Positions 16,561 through 26,426 of a stretch of 32,000 bases of DNA are shown in pieces (positions within the stretch are counted from its first letter, which is position 1; each line of letters opens with the position of its first letter). The position numbers and the translations under genes were made by a program. The notes beneath the pieces were generated by a model. That model saw nothing but the letters and a program-made list of their open reading frames with translations, made no database searches and was not told the origin of the DNA. Source of the DNA: Candidatus Saccharimonadota bacterium (GTDB lineage Bacteria > Pseudomonadota > Gammaproteobacteria > Burkholderiales > Burkholderiaceae); assembly GCF_964019745.1 (NCBI RefSeq), contig NZ_OZ026462.1, forward strand, positions 210,001 to 242,000. Reading direction: 5' to 3'.

Positions 16561-18477
16561 TTAAAAATTTTTATTTTTTTTTATTATAATAGCAAAAATT
16601 TTGTTTAAATTATTAATAAAATTAGAAGGATTTGTTAAATTACCACCTTCTGATAGAATTGCTTGATTATATAAAATATTAATCCATTCATTAAAAAATT
16701 CTTTTTCTTTTTTAATATATTTAATTAGTAAATGTTTAGGATTTATTTCTAAAATTTGTTTATTTTTTTTAGGATTTTGTCCAGAAGATTTTAATATTCT
16801 AATTAAATTATTAGATATATCATTTTCATCTGAAATTAAACATGCTGGAGAATTTATTAAACGAGATGTTGTTCTTACATCTTGTACTTTATCTTTTAAA
16901 ATTAATTTTATTTTTTTTATAAATTTTAAAAATTTTTTTTCTTTTTCTTTTTTTTGTTTTTTTTCTTCATCAGTTTCTAAATTTCCTAAATTTAAATTTC
17001 CTTTTGCAATAGATATTAATTTTTTATTTTTATATTCTGTTAAAAATGATAATATCCATTCATCTATTCTATCAATTAATATTAATACTTCAATATTTTT
17101 TTTTTTAAATATTTCTAAATGAGGGCTATTAATAGCAGTTTTATAATTTTCAGCAGTTATATAATAAATATTATCTTGATTATTTAACATTCTTTTTTTA
17201 TATTTTTTTAATGAAGTTAATTTTTCTTTTTTATTAAAATATGTTGAATTAAATCTTAATAAATTAATTATTTGTTTTCTATTTACAATATCTTCTCCTA
17301 ATCCTTCTTTTAAAATATTTCCAAAATTTTTCCAAAATATTTTATATTTTTTAGTTTTTAATTTTTTATCAGATTTTATTAAGTTTTCTAACATATTTAA
17401 AACTTTTTTTGTTGAATTTTCTTTAATTATTCTAATATTTTTTGAATCTTGTAAAATTTCTCTTGAAATATTAAGTGGTAAATTTGCAGAATCTATTATT
17501 CCTTTTATAAATCTTAAATATGGTGGTAATAATTGTTTAACATTATCTAAAATAAATACTCTTTGAGAATATAATTTTAATCCACCTTTCTTTTTTCTAT
17601 CCCAAATATCTAATTGAGCTTTTGAAGGTATATATAATAATTGAATATATTCATTATTTCCTTCAATTTTATTATGTATATAAGTTAAAGGATTTTTATT
17701 ATCATTAGTAATATTTTTATAAAATTCATTATATTCTTCAATTTTAATTTCAGATTTATTTCTTGTCCAAAGTGCTTGAGTATTATTTATAATTTCTTTT
17801 TTATTAGTAATAAAAAATTTTTTTTTTGATTTATCCCAAATTTCTTTATACATTAATATTGGAATTGATATATGATCAGAATATTTTTTAATAATTAATT
17901 TTAATTTCCAAGAAGATAAAAATTCTTCTTCATTTTTTTTTAAATGTAAAATTACTTCTGTACCTCTATTAAGTTTATTTATATTTTCTATTGAAAATTC
18001 TCCTGTACCTTTAGATTGCCAACTAATTCCTTTTTCTTTTGGTTTTCCAGCTTTTCTAGAATTTACTGTTATTAAATCTGCAACTATAAATCCAGAATAA
18101 AATCCTACTCCAAATTGTCCAATTAAATTTGCATTTTTTTTTTGATTATTTGATAATTTTGAAAAAAATTCTTTAGTTCCAGATTTAGCAATAGTACCTA
18201 AATTTAATGTAATTTCTTTTTCTGTCATTCCAATACCATTATCTGAAATAGTTATTGTTTTTTGTATTTTATTATAAAAAATTTCAATTTTAAAATTTGA
18301 ATCTGATTCAAGTAATTTATTATTTTTAAAAGATTTAAATCTTAATTTATCTATTGCGTCTGAAGCATTAGAAATTAATTCTCTTAAAAAGATTTCTTTA
18401 TTAGAATATAAAGAATTTATCATAAGTTTCAATAATTGCTTAACTTCAGTTTGAAAATTTAAAATTTTTTTATTCAT
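16561..18477 (-). CDS. htpG: Molecular chaperone HtpG (Hsp90)
   Basis: Motifs ELISNASDAIDKLR, DNGIGMT, GQFGVGFYS and NISREILQ are present. 638 aa. Confidence 0.95.
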   Translation of the reverse strand: MNKKILNFQTEVKQLLKLMINSLYSNKEIFLRELISNASDAIDKLRFKSFKNNKLLESDSNFKIEIFYNKIQKTITISDNGIGMTEKEITLNLGTIAKSGTKEFFSKLSNNQKKNANLIGQFGVGFYSGFIVADLITVNSRKAGKPKEKGISWQSKGTGEFSIENINKLNRGTEVILHLKKNEEEFLSSWKLKLIIKKYSDHISIPILMYKEIWDKSKKKFFITNKKEIINNTQALWTRNKSEIKIEEYNEFYKNITNDNKNPLTYIHNKIEGNNEYIQLLYIPSKAQLDIWDRKKKGGLKLYSQRVFILDNVKQLLPPYLRFIKGIIDSANLPLNISREILQDSKNIRIIKENSTKKVLNMLENLIKSDKKLKTKKYKIFWKNFGNILKEGLGEDIVNRKQIINLLRFNSTYFNKKEKLTSLKKYKKRMLNNQDNIYYITAENYKTAINSPHLEIFKKKNIEVLILIDRIDEWILSFLTEYKNKKLISIAKGNLNLGNLETDEEKKQKKEKEKKFLKFIKKIKLILKDKVQDVRTTSRLINSPACLISDENDISNNLIRILKSSGQNPKKNKQILEINPKHLLIKYIKKEKEFFNEWINILYNQAILSEGGNLTNPSNFINNLNKIFAIIIKKNKNF

Positions 18478-18537
18478 ATTTTTTAAAAATGATTACAAAT
18501 TTATTAATTTAAATTAAATATTTATAAATATTTTTAA

Positions 18538-18610
18538 TGTCCCTAAGGGGATTTGAACCCCCGTACTCACCGTGAAAGGGTGATGTCCTAGACCTCTAGA
18601 CGATAGGGAC
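18538..18610 (-). tRNA. tRNA-Glu (anticodon UUC)
   Basis: The reverse strand reads GTCCCTA-TC-GTC-TAGAGGTCTAG-GAC-A-TCACC-CTTTCAC-GGTGA-GTAC-GGGGG-TTCAAAT-CCCCT-TAGGGAC-A. It is nearly collinear with E. coli tRNA-Glu. 73 nt, with no CCA encoded. Confidence 0.9.
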
Positions 18611-18669
18611 AATTTTTTATAAAAATTATAATATATTATATATTTTTTTTTTATATAAAAAAAAATATT

Positions 18670-20094
18670 TTAATAATTTTTTAAAAAAATTATAATTTTA
18701 TTAATTATAATTTTTTTATCAAATATTTCTAATATTGAAGAAATTGAGGGAGTTTTTGTTTTATTTAATATTAATATTCTTAAGGTTGTAGCAAATAAAT
18801 TTAAATTTAATTTATATTTATTTATAATAAAAGTTATAATTTTATCAATATTTTTTTTATTCCAATTAATTTTTAAACAAAATTTTATAAATTTTTTTAA
18901 AGCTAATTTAATAATATCAGTATTATAAATTGATATTTTTTTTTTATTTATTTTTATTTCTTTAAAAAATATTTTAATATAATTTATTAAATTTTTAATT
19001 GTTTTTGAACGACTTTTAAAAAGTTTTATAATTTTTTTTATTTTAATTGTATTTTTTATATAAATATTTTTTTTTAAATATTTATTTATTAGAATAAATA
19101 ATTTATTATTATTCATTGAATTAATATAATATTTATTTATCCATATTAATTTTTTTTTATCAAATTTTGATGGAGATTTAGAAATTTGTTTAAAGTTAAA
19201 CCATTTATAAAATTTATTTATAGAAAAAATTTCTTCATTTTTATGACTCCAGCCTAATCTAGCAATATAATTTATTATTGCTTCTGGTAAAAACCCCATT
19301 TTATAATATTCATTTATATTAATTGCTTTATTACGTTTAGATAATTTTTCGCCATTTTTATCTAAGATCATTGGAATGTGTGCATATTTAGGTGGGGTTT
19401 TATTTAAAGCTTTTGCAATATTTATTTGTCTAGGTGTATTATTAATATGATCATCACCTCTAATAACATGTGTTATTTTCATATCTAAATCATCTAAAAT
19501 AGCACAAAAATTATATGTTGGAATACCATTAGATCTTACTATAATTAAATCATCTAATTCATTATTAGAAATTTTTTTTTTTCCTTTTACTAAATCTTTC
19601 CAAAAAACAAAATTTTTTTTAGGATTTTTAAATCTTATTACAGGATTAATATTTTTTGGTATTTTAGGTAAAATTTTACCTTTTTGTGGTCTCCATTTTT
19701 CATTATATTTAGGTTTAATTCCTATTTTTTTTTGTTTTTCTTTATTTTTTTTTAATTCTTCTTTAGTAGAATAACAAAAATATGCTGTACCTTTTTTTAA
19801 CATTTTTTTAATTATTTCATTATATCTTTTAAATCTATTTGTTTGATATATTATATTTTTATCATATTTTAATCCTAACCATTTTATACTATCAATAATA
19901 TTTTTTTCAGCTTTACTAGTTGATCTTTTAATATCAGTATTTTCAATTCTTAAAAAAAATAAACCATTGAATTTTTTAGCATATGCCCAAGAAAATAATG
20001 CTGTTCTTGCCCCTCCTAAATGTAAAAAACCAGTAGGACTTGGAGCAAATCTAGTTCTAATAATATTATTATTTATAATATTTTTTTTATTCAT
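18670..20094 (-). CDS. gltX: Glutamyl-tRNA synthetase
   Basis: RTRFAPSPTGFLHLGGARTALF (HIGH-type) and the EKLSKRN (KMSKS-type) motif are present. 474 aa. Confidence 0.93.
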   Translation of the reverse strand: MNKKNIINNNIIRTRFAPSPTGFLHLGGARTALFSWAYAKKFNGLFFLRIENTDIKRSTSKAEKNIIDSIKWLGLKYDKNIIYQTNRFKRYNEIIKKMLKKGTAYFCYSTKEELKKNKEKQKKIGIKPKYNEKWRPQKGKILPKIPKNINPVIRFKNPKKNFVFWKDLVKGKKKISNNELDDLIIVRSNGIPTYNFCAILDDLDMKITHVIRGDDHINNTPRQINIAKALNKTPPKYAHIPMILDKNGEKLSKRNKAININEYYKMGFLPEAIINYIARLGWSHKNEEIFSINKFYKWFNFKQISKSPSKFDKKKLIWINKYYINSMNNNKLFILINKYLKKNIYIKNTIKIKKIIKLFKSRSKTIKNLINYIKIFFKEIKINKKKISIYNTDIIKLALKKFIKFCLKINWNKKNIDKIITFIINKYKLNLNLFATTLRILILNKTKTPSISSILEIFDKKIIINKIIIFLKNY

Positions 20095-20238
20095 ATTTTT
20101 AATATAAATTATTAATAAATTTATATTTAATATTTAAAAAATTTAATTAATTATATTTTATAATATATATTATATATTTTTTTATTAAATATTTTTATAA
20201 AAAAAAATAAATAATAGTTTTATAAAAAGGTTTTAAAA

Positions 20239-21909
20239 ATGAATATTAATAATTTAAAAACTCGAAAGATATTTGTTACTACGGCTTTACCTTATGCAAA
20301 TGGTAAACTTCATATTGGGCATATTATGGAATTTATTCAAGCAGATATTTGGGTTAGATTTCAAAGAATGCAAAAAAATATTGAAGTATATTTTATAGGT
20401 GCTGATGATACTCATGGTGTTCCTGTTATGTTAGAAGCAAAAAAAAAAAAAAAAAAAATAGAAGAATTTATTTATAATATTAATATTGAAAGAAAAAAAC
20501 TTTTAAAAAAATTTTATATATCTTTTGATAATTATTATATTACAGATAGTATTGAAAATCATATACTTTCTAAAAAAATATATTTATATTTAAGAGATAA
20601 ATCAAAAATGATTTCTTTTAAAAAAGTTGAGCAATTTTTTGATTTAAAAAAAAAAATTTTTTTATCTGATAGATATATTAAAGGTACTTGTCCTAAATGT
20701 GATGCTTTAAATCAAAATAGTGATTTTTGTGAAATTTGTGGTTCTGTTTATTCTTTAATGGAATTAAAAAATCCATATTCAATTTTTTCTAATAAAAAAA
20801 TAATTAAAAAAAAATCTGATCATATTTTTTTTTTATTATCTAAAAAAAAATGTATAAATTTTTTATCTAAATGGATTTTTAAAAAACCTAAATTTCAAAC
20901 AGAAGTTATAAACAAAGCTAAAGAATGGTTATTAAAAAATAATTTAAAAGATTGGGATATTAGTCGTGATTATCCATATTTTGGGATTAAAATTCCAGAT
21001 ACTTTAAATAAATATTTTTATGTTTGGTTAGATGCACCTATAGCTTATATTTCTTCTTTAAAAAATTTTTTAGATAGAAAAAATATTAATTATAATTTTT
21101 TTTTAAAAGATAAATATACTGAACAATATCATTTTATAGGTAAAGATATTATTTATTTTCATATTTTATTTTGGCCAGCTATACTTAAATTTTCAAAAAA
21201 TAAATTACCAACAAATATTTTTGTTCATGGTTTTATAACTATTAATGGTAAAAAGTTATCTAAATCTAATAATTATAGAATTTGTCCTTTAAAATATTTA
21301 AATTTAGGTTTTAATCCAGAATGGTTACGATATTATATAGCTTATAAATTAAATTCAAAAATAAAAGATATAGATTTAAATATTGATGATTTTATATATA
21401 GAATTAATTCTGATTTAATAGGAAAATATATAAATATTCCTAGTAGAATTTCTAAATTTATTTGTAATAATTTTAATTATAAATTAAATACTAATTGGGG
21501 GGTAAAATATTATTATTTATTACGTAATATTAAAGGTATTTTTAATAATATTTATAAATTTTATGAAGAAAGAAATTTTAAAAAAGTTTTATATTTTATA
21601 ATGAAAATTATTAATAAAATAAATATTTATATAAATTTTAATAAACCTTGGAATTTTTTTAAAAAAGATAAAAATTTACAAAAAATATGTAGTTATTTAT
21701 TAGAATGCTTCAGAATAATAACAATTTATTTAAAACCTATTTTACCTTTACTTTCAATAAAAATTGAAAAATTTTTAAATATAAATTTTTTATCATGGTT
21801 AGATATAAAAAAAACTTTACCAAATAATCATTCAATAAACTATTATAAACATTTATTAAAAAAAGTTGATTTGAATATTAAAGAAAAATTATTTAAAAAT
21901 TTTTATTAA
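20239..21909 (+). CDS. metG: Methionyl-tRNA synthetase, lacking the C-terminal tRNA-binding/dimerisation domain
   Basis: Motifs PYANGKLHIGH, the zinc knuckle CPKCDALNQNSDFCEICG and GKKLSKS are present. It is 556 aa, versus 677 aa in E. coli. Confidence 0.93.
   Translation: MNINNLKTRKIFVTTALPYANGKLHIGHIMEFIQADIWVRFQRMQKNIEVYFIGADDTHGVPVMLEAKKKKKKIEEFIYNINIERKKLLKKFYISFDNYYITDSIENHILSKKIYLYLRDKSKMISFKKVEQFFDLKKKIFLSDRYIKGTCPKCDALNQNSDFCEICGSVYSLMELKNPYSIFSNKKIIKKKSDHIFFLLSKKKCINFLSKWIFKKPKFQTEVINKAKEWLLKNNLKDWDISRDYPYFGIKIPDTLNKYFYVWLDAPIAYISSLKNFLDRKNINYNFFLKDKYTEQYHFIGKDIIYFHILFWPAILKFSKNKLPTNIFVHGFITINGKKLSKSNNYRICPLKYLNLGFNPEWLRYYIAYKLNSKIKDIDLNIDDFIYRINSDLIGKYINIPSRISKFICNNFNYKLNTNWGVKYYYLLRNIKGIFNNIYKFYEERNFKKVLYFIMKIINKINIYINFNKPWNFFKKDKNLQKICSYLLECFRIITIYLKPILPLLSIKIEKFLNINFLSWLDIKKTLPNNHSINYYKHLLKKVDLNIKEKLFKNFY
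20439..20458 (+). repeat. About 20-nt A homopolymer inside metG (encodes K6)
   Basis: Block count is 2+10+8 A. It is in frame, reading LEA-KKKKKK-IEEF. Confidence 0.85.
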
Positions 21910-22853
21910 TTTATTTTATTTATTAGATTTGGTATTATTTTATTTAAATCTCCTATAATTCCATAATCAGCAATTGAAAATATAGGAGCATCTTTATCTT
22001 TATTAATAGCTATAATTTTTTTTGAATCTTTAATACCTGCTAAATGTTGAATGGCGCCAGAAATCCCAATAGCAATATATAATTCTGGAGCTACAATTTG
22101 TCCAGATTGTCCTATTTGAAATTCATTTGATATATAACCAGAATCAACTGCTGATCTAGTTGCGCCAATTGCTGCTTTTAATTTATCTGCTAATAATTCT
22201 AATAATTTAAAATTTTCTTTAGATTTTATACCATTTCCTCCAGCAATAATAATTTTAGCTGTATTTAGATTTGGTCTATTAGTTTTATTAATTTTTTTTG
22301 ATATAAATTTTGAATTTTTAAATTTTTTATTAATAGTATTTATTATTTTTATTTTAGTATTAAAATTAGAATTTTTTTTTTTAAATTTTGCTTTTTTAAA
22401 AGATATAGCTCTAATTGTGATTATTTTTATAAAATCTTTTGATTTTATTGTTGAAATAATATTACCTGTATAAATTGGTCTTTTAAATGTATTAAAATTT
22501 TTAATTTTTATTACTTCTGAAATTTGATTTACATTTAATTTTGCTGCTAAACGTGGTAAAATATTTTTTCCAAAAGATGTTGTAGAACACATAATATGTG
22601 TATAATTTTTAGAAATTTTAAATATTTCTTCTGTAACATCTTCTGATAATAAATAAGTAAATTTTTTATTTTCAATATATAATATATTAGATATATTTTC
22701 AATTTTTGAAGATATATTAATAATATTATTAGCTTTATATCCTGCTATGAATATATCTATATTTTTACTAATTTTTTTAGCAGCATATACAACGTTTAAT
22801 ATATTTTCGTTTAAATTTTTATTATCATGTTCAGCAATTATTAAAACTTTCAT
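21906..22853 (-). CDS. etfA: Electron transfer flavoprotein alpha subunit
   Basis: The N-terminus is MKVLIIAEHDN. The C-terminal FAD-binding region is PELYIAIGISGAIQHLAGIKDSKKIIAINKDKDAPIF. The stop overlaps the metG stop. Confidence 0.92.
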   Translation of the reverse strand: MKVLIIAEHDNKNLNENILNVVYAAKKISKNIDIFIAGYKANNIINISSKIENISNILYIENKKFTYLLSEDVTEEIFKISKNYTHIMCSTTSFGKNILPRLAAKLNVNQISEVIKIKNFNTFKRPIYTGNIISTIKSKDFIKIITIRAISFKKAKFKKKNSNFNTKIKIINTINKKFKNSKFISKKINKTNRPNLNTAKIIIAGGNGIKSKENFKLLELLADKLKAAIGATRSAVDSGYISNEFQIGQSGQIVAPELYIAIGISGAIQHLAGIKDSKKIIAINKDKDAPIFSIADYGIIGDLNKIIPNLINKIN

Positions 22854-22900
22854 ATATTATATTAAATATATATTAATATTTATTAATAATATTTATATTA

Positions 22901-23650
22901 TTAAATATAATTTTTAATTATTTTTAATAATTCAATGGAATTTATTATTTTAATTTTTTTTTTTTTTGTTTTATTATATGAAAAATTTAATATTTTTATA
23001 TTTTTATTTAAATTAATATTAAATTTGTTTGTATTTAAAATATTAATTTTTTTTTTTTTAGCTTTTAAAATTTTTATTAATGTTATATAACGTGGTTCAT
23101 TTAATCTTAAATCAACTGTTATTATTGCTGGTAAATTTAATAATAATTTTTCTATTCCTGAATCAATTTCTTTAGTTACATAAATTTGATTATTTTTAAT
23201 TTTTAATTTTGTTATAGAAATTGCTTGTGGCCAATTTAATAAACCTGCTAACATTTGTCCAGTTTGATTATAATCATAATCTATAGATTGTTTTCCTAAA
23301 ATTACTAGTTTAATTTTTTTATCTTTTTTAATAATTTTTTTTATTAATTTTGCAATATCTATTGGTTGTAAAATTGTTTTTGTAGTATTTTCTATTAAAA
23401 TACTTTTATCTATACCCATTGCTAATGATTTTTGTAAAATTTCTTTACTACTAATATTTCCACAAGAAATAGAAATTGTTTCTTTAATTTTTCCTTTTTC
23501 TTTTAATCTTATAGCTTCTTCTAAAGCTATTTCATCAAAAGGATTTATTGTTTTTTTTAAATTTTTTATTTTTAAATTTTTGTTATCATCTTTAATAGTA
23601 ATTTTAAGATTATGATCTATAATTTCTTTTATAGCTATTAAAACTTTCAT
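22901..23650 (-). CDS. etfB: Electron transfer flavoprotein beta subunit
   Basis: MKVLIAIKEIIDH..NPFDEIALEEAIRLKEKG..SISCG is collinear with ETF-beta, including the human ETFB pattern VLVAVKRVIDY..NPFCEIAVEEAVRLKEK. Confidence 0.92.
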   Translation of the reverse strand: MKVLIAIKEIIDHNLKITIKDDNKNLKIKNLKKTINPFDEIALEEAIRLKEKGKIKETISISCGNISSKEILQKSLAMGIDKSILIENTTKTILQPIDIAKLIKKIIKKDKKIKLVILGKQSIDYDYNQTGQMLAGLLNWPQAISITKLKIKNNQIYVTKEIDSGIEKLLLNLPAIITVDLRLNEPRYITLIKILKAKKKKINILNTNKFNINLNKNIKILNFSYNKTKKKKIKIINSIELLKIIKNYI

Positions 23651-23700
23651 TTAATAATTTTATATATTTTTATAAAAAAATTTTTATTTATTATTTTTAA

Positions 23701-24411
23701 TTAAATTTTAATTTTATTCCAAATACATTTTTTTTTATTTTTTTTTTCTATAATATTTAAAATATTTTTATGTTTTAATAGTTCTTTTTTATTTGCATAA
23801 ATAACATTTTTATTTTTTAGTAAAATATTTGTATTTAAATTTATATTTTTTTTAAATTTATTTTTTTTTATTTCCCATTTTTTATAAAAATTTTTTTGTT
23901 TACTAGTCATTGCTAAATATACACTTGTTAATAATTTAGCATCTAATAAAGCACCATGAATATTTCTATTAAAATTTAAAATTTTATATCTATTACATAA
24001 AGCATTTAAAGAATTTTTTTGTCCTGGAAATTTTTTTTTTGCTATTTTTAAAGAATCAATAATTTTTAATATATAATATGTAAAAGAATTTAAATTTAAT
24101 AATTTAAATTCTTTATTTAAAAAACTTATATCAAATTTTGAATTGTGTATAATTACTTCACTATTTTTAATATAATTACAAAAATTGTTTACAATTTGAG
24201 AAAATTTGGGTTTTTTTTTTAAAAAATTGTTATCTATTTTATGTATTAAAAATGCTTGGTGTGAAGAATTTCTTTCGGGGTTTATATATAAATGTAAATT
24301 ATTATTTGTAATCTTTCTATTTATTAATTCTATACAACCAATTTCTATTATTCTATCTCCTAATTCAGGATTTAATCCTGTAGTTTCTATATCTAATATA
24401 ATTTGTCTCAT
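23701..24411 (-). CDS. dnaQ: DNA polymerase III epsilon subunit (3'-5' proofreading exonuclease)
   Basis: Exo I is IILDIETTGLNP, with RIIEIG following. Exo III is HGALLDAKLLTSVYL. 236 aa. Confidence 0.9.
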   Translation of the reverse strand: MRQIILDIETTGLNPELGDRIIEIGCIELINRKITNNNLHLYINPERNSSHQAFLIHKIDNNFLKKKPKFSQIVNNFCNYIKNSEVIIHNSKFDISFLNKEFKLLNLNSFTYYILKIIDSLKIAKKKFPGQKNSLNALCNRYKILNFNRNIHGALLDAKLLTSVYLAMTSKQKNFYKKWEIKKNKFKKNINLNTNILLKNKNVIYANKKELLKHKNILNIIEKKNKKKCIWNKIKI

Positions 24412-24526
24412 ATTATTTTATATTTTTATTTAAATATTATTTTTTATATATAAAAATATTTTTAAAAAATTAATGTAATTTATTATTAATTGATATATTT
24501 TTTATATAAAAAATAAAAAATTTTTA

Positions 24527-24547
24527 TTTTTTTTTTTTTTTTTTTTT
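24527..24547. repeat. About 21-nt T homopolymer in the dnaQ/typA divergent spacer
   Basis: Block count is 4+10+7 T, followed by C at 24548. It lies 44 nt upstream of the typA ATG. Confidence 0.85.
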
Positions 24548-24590
24548 CAAAATTATAAATTTTTAATATTATTTATTATATATTTTAATT

Positions 24591-26426
24591 ATGTGTAAAA
24601 AAAAAAATTATGTTTGTAATATAGCTATTATAGCACATATTGATCATGGTAAAACTACTTTAATAGATCAATTATTGATATTTTCAAAAGTTGTAAATAA
24701 AGAAAAAAAAAGTATTAATCGTATTTTAGATTTTAATGAAATAGAAAAAGAAAGAGGAATTACAATTTTTTCTAAAAATTGTTCTATTAATTATAAAAAT
24801 ATACGTATTAATATTATAGATACACCTGGACATGCTGATTTTGGTGGGGAAGTAGAAAGAGTTTTGTCTATAGTTGATGGAGTATTATTATTAGTAGATG
24901 CAAAAGAAGGACCAATGCCTCAAACAAAATTTGTTACTAAAAAAGCTTTATCTTTAGGTTTAAAACCTATAGTTGTAATAAATAAAATAGATATTTTAGA
25001 AAAACGTGTTGATTGGGTGGTTAATTCTACTTTTGATTTATTTGATTCTTTAGGAGCTACTGAAGAACAATTAGATTTTCCTATTATTTATTGTTCTGCA
25101 AAAAAAGGTTTTGCTAATATTGATCCTTTATTAAATACTGGAAATATGGAACCATTATTAGAAGAAATTTTAAAAAATATTCCTTATTGTTATGATAATT
25201 TAGAAAAATTTTTACAAATTAGAATTATAGCTATAGAAGATATACCATATTTTGGTTTAGTAAGTGTTGGTAGAATATTTTCTGGTACTATTAAATGTGG
25301 GCAAGAAGTTTTATGGTCGAATAATAATTTATCTATACCTAAAAAAAATAAAATAAAAAAAATATTAATTTTTAATGGATTAGAAAAAATTCCTGTACAA
25401 GAAGCTTTTTCTGGAGATATTATTTTAATTAGTGGTATTAATAATATTGCTATAGGTGCTACTATATGTTCTATAGATAATTGGAAACCTTTACCTAAAT
25501 TAAATATAGATAATCCTACTATTTCTATGGATTTTTTTATTAATAATTCTCCATTTTCTGGAAAAGAAGGGAAATTTGTTACTGATAGTCAAATTAAACA
25601 TAGATTATATGAAGAACAAAGAAGAAATATTTCTTTATATATAAATCAAAAAAATAATAATAAATTAATATATAAAGTTTCTGGTAGAGGAGAATTACAT
25701 TTAGCAGTATTAATTGAAAAAATGCGTCGTGAAGGTTTTGAATTATCTGTTTCACGTCCAAAAGTTATTATTATTTTAATAGATGGTGTAAAATGTGAGC
25801 CTTTTGAAAAATTAAATATTTTTATAGAAGAAAAATATAAAAGTATAATTATGAAAAAAATAGGTTGTAGATATGGTAATATTTTAAATATAAATATTAA
25901 AAAAAATATTGTTCATTTAGAATATAGTATATCTACTAATAATTTAATTGGTTTTCATAATGAATTTATAATGTTAACAAAAGGTAGTGGATTAATGAAT
26001 CATATTTTTGAAAAATATATACCAATTAAAAATAATTTAAATTTTTCATTAAATTCTAAAAAACGTAGTAATGGTGTATTAATTTCTCAATGTACAGGAA
26101 GTGCTGTGGCTTATTCTATTTGGAAATTACAAGAAAGAGGTAAAATGTTTATAAAACCTAATGATTTAGTTTATGAAGGTATGATTATAGGTATTCACTC
26201 TAGAGAAAATGATTTAGTAGTTAATCCAATAAAATGTAAACAATTAACTAATATTAGAGCATCTAGTTCTGATGAAGCAATAAAATTAATCCCCCCTATT
26301 CCTTTAACAATTGAATATGCAATTAATTTTATAAATGAAAGTGAAATTATAGAGATAACTCCAAAAAATATTCGTTTAAGAAAGATTATTTTAAAAGAAA
26401 ATTTAAGAAAAAAAAATAAATTTTAA
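24591..26426 (+). CDS. typA: Translational GTPase TypA/BipA
   Basis: Motifs [24 protein letters not shown] and NKID are present, along with the EF-G-like domain order and a BipA-specific C-terminal region. 611 aa. Confidence 0.92.
   Translation: MCKKKNYVCNIAIIAHIDHGKTTLIDQLLIFSKVVNKEKKSINRILDFNEIEKERGITIFSKNCSINYKNIRINIIDTPGHADFGGEVERVLSIVDGVLLLVDAKEGPMPQTKFVTKKALSLGLKPIVVINKIDILEKRVDWVVNSTFDLFDSLGATEEQLDFPIIYCSAKKGFANIDPLLNTGNMEPLLEEILKNIPYCYDNLEKFLQIRIIAIEDIPYFGLVSVGRIFSGTIKCGQEVLWSNNNLSIPKKNKIKKILIFNGLEKIPVQEAFSGDIILISGINNIAIGATICSIDNWKPLPKLNIDNPTISMDFFINNSPFSGKEGKFVTDSQIKHRLYEEQRRNISLYINQKNNNKLIYKVSGRGELHLAVLIEKMRREGFELSVSRPKVIIILIDGVKCEPFEKLNIFIEEKYKSIIMKKIGCRYGNILNINIKKNIVHLEYSISTNNLIGFHNEFIMLTKGSGLMNHIFEKYIPIKNNLNFSLNSKKRSNGVLISQCTGSAVAYSIWKLQERGKMFIKPNDLVYEGMIIGIHSRENDLVVNPIKCKQLTNIRASSSDEAIKLIPPIPLTIEYAINFINESEIIEITPKNIRLRKIILKENLRKKNKF

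Noticed and set aside
18640-18668. A/T-only hairpin (ATAT-T8 / loop / A9-TAT) between gltX and tRNA-Glu as a terminator.
   Set aside because: It has no G:C pairs and only a homopolymer-derived stem. Such structures are expected by chance in A/T-only DNA, so I mention it only as context in the gltX finding.
24206-24433. 75-aa plus-strand ORF overlapping the dnaQ 5' end.
   Set aside because: It is antisense to the conserved Exo I region of dnaQ, and no supporting features were seen.
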